Origin: Burkholderiaceae bacterium
GTDB lineage: Bacteria > Pseudomonadota > Gammaproteobacteria > Burkholderiales > Burkholderiaceae_C
DNA: 32,000 nt
NCBI GenBank assembly: GCA_965234735.1
Contig: OZ248542.1
Reading direction: 5' to 3' (one strand)
This document shows positions 25,626 through 31,745 of this stretch, piece after piece; within the stretch, counting starts at the first letter, position 1; every line of letters starts with the position of its first letter. The position numbers were made by a program, and so were the translations under genes. The notes under the pieces were generated by a model, which saw nothing but the letters and a program-made list of their open reading frames with translations, had not been told where the DNA came from and ran no database searches.

Positions 25626-26063
25626 TTACTTGCCAAAGCCCTCCCGCAGCTTGTTGCTGGCAGACTCAATTTGGGTGTCAAGCTCTCCGGCTTCCACTGC
25701 CCGCTTGAGCAGCTCCAAAGTGGGAATCAAGTCTGTTTGTGCAGCAACTTCTATGGTGCTTTTGCCCTTGGCAATCTCAACCACCTTCGCACCATATCTG
25801 ACATTCAGTGCAATCTTGCCGTTGTCCCCATTCCACCACCAAGCGCGAACACGCTTGGGCAGCTCGATGCTGCGACGCAAGCCATCTTGATCTGTCACAG
25901 TGCGAAAGCGTGTGGTGGTGAATTCTTTGCCTTCCAAGTGGGCTTGTGCCAGTTGGATCTGCTCCCACAATTTCTTGCACAGCTTGTTGCGGCGCTGTGC
26001 TGCGGGATTCATCACCTGTGACTTTTTGCTGGTACTCAGCTTGAGAGTTGCGATTGTGCTCAT
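25626..26063 (-). CDS. Conserved hypothetical protein (mobile-element associated)
   Basis: The ATG at 26063 lies 8 nt after an AAGGAG RBS. MSTIATLKLSTSKK...RVRAWWWNGDNGKIALNVRYGAKVVEI resembles small island/ICE-borne proteins I have seen annotated only as DUF. Confidence 0.6.
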   Translation of the reverse strand: MSTIATLKLSTSKKSQVMNPAAQRRNKLCKKLWEQIQLAQAHLEGKEFTTTRFRTVTDQDGLRRSIELPKRVRAWWWNGDNGKIALNVRYGAKVVEIAKGKSTIEVAAQTDLIPTLELLKRAVEAGELDTQIESASNKLREGFGK

Positions 26064-26432
26064 GTCATTTGCTCCTTGTTTGTTAATGACAAAAACAACT
26101 TTAGTTTCGACCAGCATTTCTGGGCAACCACGATGTCATGGAAACCCGAAAGACCTCTGGGACTTTGCCCAAAATCACATAAAAATCACCAGATTTTCAA
26201 TAGCTTTTATTTGGTTCAGCTAAATAAACATGACAGGCAAATCAAAGAACTGGATTTGTGCTGCCATTTATTACTACCGAAACAAAGAGCCGCGTCACTC
26301 AGTCGTACTTGACGCCCTAGACCTGGACATTGGTGTTCGCAGGGACGGAAATTCTGAGCGGTAGCAGAGACTTGTTGTCACTACCCGTTGAGGATGCTGT
26401 TGGGAGTTGCTGACCAATTGACACAAGAATCT

Positions 26433-26447
26433 ATTCAAGCACCAAGG
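26433..26447 (+). repeat. Left copy of a 15-bp perfect inverted repeat ATTCAAGCACCAAGG
   Basis: Exact reverse complement of 28048-28062. A partial direct copy TTCAAGCATCAAC lies at 26723-26735. Confidence 0.9.
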
Positions 26448-26647
26448 TGATGGACTCAATGTCCATGCACCACGAGCAAGCCCTGCCTACACAGCAACTT
26501 GCAAACCCTGCGGCCAGTTGGCACTTCGGCTGTCGCAGACTGTTGCGTTTCATTAGCAGCACATAAAAGGAGACCGCGAAACCGCCCTTGCCTAATTAGG
26601 TTGTGCTGAAGTGCTGTGGTAACGAACTCAGCGAAAGAGTGTTGCCC

Positions 26648-26678
26648 AAAAAACTGAGCCTGTGTGCACAAGGCTCAG
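26648..26678 (-). terminator. Orphan intrinsic terminator on the minus strand (no annotated gene upstream of it)
   Basis: 8-bp stem CTGAGCCT / AGGCTCAG (26654-61 / 26671-78). On the minus strand it is followed by TTTTTT (26648-53). Confidence 0.55.
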
Positions 26679-27146
26679 TGTGGGTTGAATCTAGCGAAAG
26701 CCCTTGAACACCAGTCACAGTTTCAAGCATCAACACAATATCAAATTAAATTGACAATTCAAACTCTAGTATCAAATAGGAAATAAATGTGCTGAAACAA
26801 ATCCTTGAGCGATCAGCGAAAAGGGATTTGTGAAAGCACAAGCGAGCTGCAAGGCTCGCTATCAATACACCATGAATGGATTCAGCAATTTTACAAATGG
26901 CATCGTGCGAGTTCAGTTATGTAACCTCAGGAGTGGTTAAAAATCACCACCATGAAAAGTCAAGTACTGGGTGCTAATTTTTCGCAGCTGAAAAAATTAT
27001 CAATGCAGACCCCATTTGGGCAAACAGCAGCTGGGTCAAATCAGCCCTACAGCGCAAGATCGCTTGAGCCCAGCACCCCGAGCTACCCAGCTGATCAAAA
27101 ACTGCTTGTAGGGCTGCTAAATACATCGTGGCGTAACAGCCACGAG

Positions 27147-27155
27147 TTATCCACA
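27147..27155 (+). promoter_or_regulatory. Perfect consensus DnaA box TTATCCACA
   Basis: Exact 9-mer in the noncoding leader upstream of the recombinase gene. A single box could be chance. Confidence 0.3.
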
Positions 27156-27314
27156 GACGCTCATACTAAAACCACATCAAATCGTGATTTCATGAGGTTC
27201 TTGCGTAACGCATTGATTTCATTGACCCGAAGTTGTTTCGGGTTTCAGGTTGTCCAGACCATATCAAAGAAAACAAACTGTAGCTCTGTATTTATTACTT
27301 TTAGGAGCACTGAA

Positions 27315-27887
27315 ATGAAACAAGCAAAAACACTCACAGCTGCTGAATTGCGCCGTGTAACTGATTCCATAGCCACAAGAGCACATGCAGCCCGCAACAG
27401 AGCCATGCTGATGATGACCCATTTGGCAGGACTTCGCGTGGGAGAAGTTGCCCAACTCACTTGGACGGATGTGATCAACGCAGAAGGGCGGGTGCGCGAG
27501 GAGGTACGTTTGAATGCCGATCAGACCAAGGGCAGACATCCACGCACTGTTTACATCAGTCCCAAGCTGCAAAAGGAATTACAAACCTATGCCAGTTCAA
27601 TCAAGCAGCGCGAAGACTCAGCTGCGTTCTTTTACACCCAGAAACACCCACGCAGAGGCTTTACGCCCAACACATTGGCTCAGCACTTCTTGAACATGTA
27701 TCGCGTGGCTGGCATTGACGGTGCCAGTAGCCACAGTGGTCGCAGGACGTTTGCAACTTCGCTCAGCAGCCGAGGAGCCAGCATCAGGGTGCTGATGAAA
27801 ATCCTAGGACACCGCAACATATCGACCACTATCGGATATGTGGATGCCAGCGACGACATGCTGCGCCGTGCGGTTGAGTTGGTGTAA
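27315..27887 (+). CDS. Short (190 aa) tyrosine recombinase, catalytic domain only, FimB/FimE-sized
   Basis: The ATG lies 8 nt after AGGAG. Catalytic signature: R in AGLRVGEV, K in QTKGRHPRTVYI, HxxR in SHSGRRTF, H in LGHRNISTT, Y in IGYVD. HAARNRAML...LRVGEV parallels the FimB HAARNYCL...FRASEI segment as I recall it. Confidence 0.85.
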   Translation: MKQAKTLTAAELRRVTDSIATRAHAARNRAMLMMTHLAGLRVGEVAQLTWTDVINAEGRVREEVRLNADQTKGRHPRTVYISPKLQKELQTYASSIKQREDSAAFFYTQKHPRRGFTPNTLAQHFLNMYRVAGIDGASSHSGRRTFATSLSSRGASIRVLMKILGHRNISTTIGYVDASDDMLRRAVELV

Positions 27888-27895
27888 AACTCGCA

Positions 27896-27957
27896 GCGTC
27901 ACTCAAGACTCAACATCACAAGGGGCACAACACCAAGTGTCGGTTCGCCCGACACTT
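27896..27957 (+). repeat. Island repeat family copy immediately 3' of the recombinase gene
   Basis: GCGTCAC box at 27896-27902, then the hairpin AAGTGTCGG-TTCGC-CCGACACTT (27935-27957, 9-bp perfect stem). Confidence 0.7.
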
Positions 27958-28034
27958 GATGACGGGGGGCAGCCCTTATGCTGTCCGGACTCCAATTGGC
28001 GGACTTGCAATCCACCAGCCCAAACAAGCACGGG

Positions 28035-28955
28035 TCAGAACAACAGGCCTTGGTGCTTGAATGATGGTTCTGCTGACACCATGCCCACCGCACCAGTACA
28101 CCGTATTACCTGACTTCTGGCGTACATGGACTCCTCCAATGAGTGGGAAGTTAGATGTGGCAATAAGTCCACGGCTTGCAACTCAAGGCATTGCTGATCA
28201 TTGGACAAGGCCTCTTTGCAGGGAAACTTGTCGATGGCGGCATATTCAGAAATGTTTGCCGCCCATGCTCTGTGCCGAACCACCATGGCCACTAACAATC
28301 GTCGCTCATGATCTTGGCTGGAGTTCATGCGTCGACCCGTGGGCTCGACCTTGCCAATGAATCTGTCAACCAGCATGGCCTCTGCACCCAATCGCCAAAG
28401 TTCTGCCTCGGGGTAGTTTTTAATCAGGTAGGCAAGGTAGACATCACGCCAGAGGTTTTTCTGCACCACTGGCGTCAATCGCACGCCTAGGTGATCTTCA
28501 CTGTCTGCCCTGACTTTGACAGCTGACGGCACCATGGAGGCAATCATGGCCAAAAGCTCCAGCTGCGGCATGGCATTACGTCCATACGGAAAGCGGATAA
28601 ACAAATCCGACTGATGCCCGACCATAAGCGTTTGAGCAGAGACTATCTCCGGCATTCGGCTCGGAGCTTTGATGCGCACACTGCCTGCACCTGCCACCCA
28701 GTCCTCAAAACTGGTTTGGTGTACATCACGGTACTTGTTGACACAGGCAAGCACTTTTGCACCGTGCCGGTTTAGCTTGATGCTCTTACTGCCCAAGCTA
28801 CGCAGGCTGTGCAAGCTGCCTGCTGCGTAACTGGGGCTCAAGCGCAGGTAGTTATAGAAAAGTCGCGCGGAGGTCATTGCAGCGACCCAATGCCGTTTGG
28901 TTGACCGAGCAAGCCCAGTCAGGAGAGTTGCCACCATTGCCAATACCCCTTTCAC
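28035..28955 (-). CDS. Hypothetical protein (about 290-306 aa)
   Basis: Long ORF with ordinary amino-acid composition, divergent from the 29081 gene. The start is uncertain: GTG at 28955, ATG at 28937, or ATG at 28877. No family recognised. Confidence 0.6.
   Translation of the reverse strand: MKGVLAMVATLLTGLARSTKRHWVAAMTSARLFYNYLRLSPSYAAGSLHSLRSLGSKSIKLNRHGAKVLACVNKYRDVHQTSFEDWVAGAGSVRIKAPSRMPEIVSAQTLMVGHQSDLFIRFPYGRNAMPQLELLAMIASMVPSAVKVRADSEDHLGVRLTPVVQKNLWRDVYLAYLIKNYPEAELWRLGAEAMLVDRFIGKVEPTGRRMNSSQDHERRLLVAMVVRHRAWAANISEYAAIDKFPCKEALSNDQQCLELQAVDLLPHLTSHSLEESMYARSQVIRCTGAVGMVSAEPSFKHQGLLF
28048..28062 (-). repeat. Right copy of the 15-bp perfect inverted repeat (CCTTGGTGCTTGAAT on the plus strand)
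   Basis: Exact reverse complement of 26433-26447. It lies inside the last 9 codons of the minus-strand ORF 28035..28955. Confidence 0.9.
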
Positions 28956-29080
28956 AGATTTACTAACTTTTTTCGTTAACCCTTTTTGTATGTATTCACG
29001 GGCTGTACCAAAAGCTGAAATCGGGGGGTGGCCATCATGGTGATTGCCGCACTTTCAATTCACATTTTTTGGAGAACTTC

Positions 29081-29911
29081 ATGAGTGATCAAACCCAAGC
29101 CACCGAAGCAACAGCTTTGGCTGCGGCAGTTCCAGCAGTGGAACGACCCAGCACATTTGCCATAAATATCGGCAATCTTTTGACAAAAGGCAACCCCGAG
29201 CAATCTATTGGCGAAGCCATAGACACGCTGGTAACACAGCGTGTTGAATGGGAGAGCAACGAGCTGGCATCGGCCAACGATGGCCTTTACGCCCTCTTGC
29301 AGCACTGCTATTCGCTTAACAACGCCATGTCCGGCACGGGAGTTGCGGCCAAAGGTCTCAAAAAAGGGCTGGCTAACTACATTGACACCAAGGGGCTCAA
29401 GTTCACAGATGCCACGCCCTTGATCACAAAAATCGTCAAATGCGTCTTTGGCGTAGACCGCCGCCGCGTCAGTGCCTACGCCTCTGCTCTCAAAGTGGCC
29501 ATTGCAGAAAAAAAACAAGTAATGGAACTGCCAAAGTTTTTTCGGGACAACGGAGGCATCGAGGAAGTCCGCCGCAGCAGCACCGCCAAGCCCAAATCCG
29601 TCAAAGACAAAGCAGCTTTGGGCCGCTCTGTGCTGGAAGGTGATGTCTTGGCCACTGTGTCAGGCGATTCGCTAAACGCCAACTATTCCACCGAAAGCCT
29701 TGAAGAAGGAGTGGTGCTGCTGGCCACACGAGAGGACGATGGCACTTTTGCTGTGCGCAAGGTTGTGCAAAACAAATCGGTGATCAATAGCGCATTGGCA
29801 ACCTTTGCCAGTGTCGGCGCAGAGCAAGAAAAAGCTCGCGTGCTGCAACAAGAGCAAGACGCAATGGACGAGCAACGGGCAGCGGCACGAGCAGCTTTGA
29901 AGGCAGCTTAA
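29081..29911 (+). CDS. Hypothetical protein with a C-terminal coiled-coil (276 aa)
   Basis: ATG 6 nt after GGAG. Globular N-terminal region and a Gln/Glu/Ala-rich C-terminus (EQEKARVLQQEQDAMDEQRAAARAALKAA). No family recognised. Confidence 0.65.
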   Translation: MSDQTQATEATALAAAVPAVERPSTFAINIGNLLTKGNPEQSIGEAIDTLVTQRVEWESNELASANDGLYALLQHCYSLNNAMSGTGVAAKGLKKGLANYIDTKGLKFTDATPLITKIVKCVFGVDRRRVSAYASALKVAIAEKKQVMELPKFFRDNGGIEEVRRSSTAKPKSVKDKAALGRSVLEGDVLATVSGDSLNANYSTESLEEGVVLLATREDDGTFAVRKVVQNKSVINSALATFASVGAEQEKARVLQQEQDAMDEQRAAARAALKAA

Positions 29912-29981
29912 ACAAATTCCTGCAACAGATCTGACTAACTACCTATTCAGTTAAATGCACAGATAAATGTCTTCAACCCTT

Positions 29982-30015
29982 GAGTGATCACGCCAGCGTG
30001 GTCACTCCCTTTTTT
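29982..30015 (+). terminator. Intrinsic terminator/attenuator between the 276-aa gene and the AAA+ gene
   Basis: 10-bp stem GAGTGATCAC / GTGGTCACTC (one G:T pair) with a 6-nt loop, then CC-TTTTTT. It lies only about 20 nt before the AAA+ start codon. Confidence 0.6.
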
Positions 30016-30034
30016 AATTGATGGAGATTGCACC

Positions 30035-30784
30035 ATGTCACTAACCAGCATTAACTCAGTCAAAGTCATTGCACCACGATGTCTGAACGACTTTGCACTG
30101 CAACAAAACAGTCGCTTCAAATTGGAAAGCATCTTGGATGCCACACTGTCATTTCCTGACAACGGCGTCAACGGCATCGTCTTGCACGGACTTTATGGCA
30201 CTGGAAAAACCACTATGGCCAATTTGTTGCCCGGCTTGATTGAGACCGCCAAATCAGACCCAAATGCGCATGCAATACCCATTGGCGATTTGTCAGACAC
30301 CACAAATCCCGCGCAAAGCTACCACCCCTGCATCCAAGGTCAAAACGGTGTGGGCTTGATCAACAGCATCCAAAACGCCACCAGCTTTGTGTCATGGAAC
30401 ACCAGTGGACTGCACTATGTGATCTTGGATGAAGTGGATTTGCTGACCGATGCAGCCAAGGCTTCTTTCAAGGCTTTGATGAACCGAACCAATGTGGCGT
30501 TCATCATGACCACCAACCACTTGAATGAAGTTGACCCAGGGGTGCAAAACCGCAGTGTGCTGGTTGACATGAATGCGCCACCGGCACAGCACTGGCGTCC
30601 CATTCTTCGTCGTATCTACACCCAGTCAGGATTGGTGGCACCACCAGACGCAACGTTGGACCAAGTAGTGCAAGCTGGTAGAGGTTCGGCAAGGTCAATA
30701 TTTAGCGATGTGGTCATGAGCGCCAACCAAGCTCGTAAAGCTGGCCAATCCAATGTAATCAAAATTTCAAATATCCGGAGCTGA
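30035..30784 (+). CDS. AAA+ ATPase, clamp-loader (RFC/gp44/DnaX)-like core
   Basis: Walker A GLYGTGKTT and Walker B YVILDEVDLL. The sensor-1 region AFIMTTNHLNEVDPGVQNRSVLVDMNAP parallels the clamp-loader ...ITANN...IIKPLQSRC... arrangement. GGAG RBS. Confidence 0.8.
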   Translation: MSLTSINSVKVIAPRCLNDFALQQNSRFKLESILDATLSFPDNGVNGIVLHGLYGTGKTTMANLLPGLIETAKSDPNAHAIPIGDLSDTTNPAQSYHPCIQGQNGVGLINSIQNATSFVSWNTSGLHYVILDEVDLLTDAAKASFKALMNRTNVAFIMTTNHLNEVDPGVQNRSVLVDMNAPPAQHWRPILRRIYTQSGLVAPPDATLDQVVQAGRGSARSIFSDVVMSANQARKAGQSNVIKISNIRS

Positions 30785-30786
30785 TC

Positions 30787-31368
30787 ATGAAATACCCACA
30801 AGGCTATATTTTTTTAAAAGACAAAACAAAGCTTCCGCCAATGGAAGTGCTTGAGAAAAGATTTCCAGCAGGCGCTGACATTTATGTTCGGGGGGTCAGC
30901 AAAGCATCCAAAGTCTTAGATGACCGAATTGTTTTACTTGAAGAGCTGCATCGTTACGCGATGAAGAAAAGCGATTACCAGATGCAAAGTGTCGTCTTTT
31001 GTGGCACTGGGGTAAGCGATTTCTTTTTGATGTCCAATTCAAGCAATATTCTGAAAGTTTATTGGATTGACTCATCTGAGCAGGCAAAGCAGATCAAACA
31101 ATTGTCAAGTTACATAAACTGCGCGACGCAATTGGATCTACACATTACCAATGTGCGGGAAATCTACAGCACATTGACAAACTACATTTACTCAAAAACA
31201 GGTCACACATTGACTGGCGATGCGGATATTGAACGATTCTTTTCTGGTCGAGACTGGGGCGCTACCACCGAGGCAGAAATCCACATCCGCCAAATCGCCA
31301 AGAACGAAACACGTGCCGGTGTGCTGCGACGCTTTGACCTAGAAAACGAAGCGGAAACATTGCCCTAA
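30787..31368 (+). CDS. Hypothetical protein (193 aa), translationally coupled to the AAA+ gene
   Basis: The ATG lies 2 nt after the AAA+ stop codon, with a GGAG RBS inside the upstream gene. It is AT-richer than its neighbours. No family recognised. Confidence 0.65.
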   Translation: MKYPQGYIFLKDKTKLPPMEVLEKRFPAGADIYVRGVSKASKVLDDRIVLLEELHRYAMKKSDYQMQSVVFCGTGVSDFFLMSNSSNILKVYWIDSSEQAKQIKQLSSYINCATQLDLHITNVREIYSTLTNYIYSKTGHTLTGDADIERFFSGRDWGATTEAEIHIRQIAKNETRAGVLRRFDLENEAETLP

Positions 31369-31650
31369 TTTATTTTGTTAACCACTTTTGGAAATCTTGT
31401 TGGCTTTCGTTGGATGGTTGTAAATTCACCAGAGCCCAAGATTTCCAGACCACTTGAAAATGGCAGCCCAATTTTTTCCCACGCAAATACCCGGTTCAAG
31501 CAAGCCCAACAGCAGGTTGAAGCTAAACACCCAAGGCGTCTCGCGCCATCGGCACAGAAATTGACTACTTACTGCGGCGATTTGACTCGCTGCATGAGCT
31601 GGCTAAGGCTCAGTAAAGAATACAAAAGGCATCCAAATTAAATTGGGTGG

Positions 31651-31664
31651 ATTCAAGCACGAAG
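31651..31664 (+). repeat. Third, imperfect copy (13/15) of the ATTCAAGCACCAAGG repeat
   Basis: ATTCAAGCACGAAGT lies 95 nt upstream of the IS30-family transposase ATG. It has the same orientation as the 26433 copy and is inverted relative to the 28048 copy. Confidence 0.7.
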
Positions 31665-31745
31665 TGCAACTTTGATTAACTAATGGTTAGGTGGCTGAGA
31701 ATGTTTAGCATTCAAAGCTTCTTGACCTGGCAGTCGAAGTTGCTT

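Noticed and set aside
26456-26671. 71-aa minus-strand ORF inside the noncoding leader.
   Set aside because: Its first codons overlap the stem-loop of the minus-strand terminator. It has no RBS, its composition is atypical, and it starts inside a hairpin. I treat the region as noncoding.
26952-27314. N-terminal 121-codon extension of the recombinase ORF, which would make a 311-aa integrase.
   Set aside because: The extension is Ser/Thr/Gln-rich and lacks any SAM-like/core-binding domain pattern. A strong AGGAG RBS sits 8 nt before the internal ATG at 27315. The short form matches FimB/FimE-size enzymes.
27998-28016. Anticodon-stem-loop-like hairpin GGCGGA-CTTGCAA-TCCACC (7-nt loop, TGC in the anticodon position), suggestive of a tRNA fragment or att site.
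   Set aside because: The flanks show no acceptor stem, D-arm or T-arm (GTTCGA-type). The stem has a mismatch. It is most likely a chance hairpin in the convergent intergenic region.
31375-31641. 88-aa ORF between the 193-aa gene and the IS30 end; also the 101-aa minus-strand ORF at 31680..31985.
   Set aside because: The first has a TTG start, no RBS and no recognisable features, so it may be noncoding spacer. The second is the antisense shadow of the IS30 transposase N-terminus.
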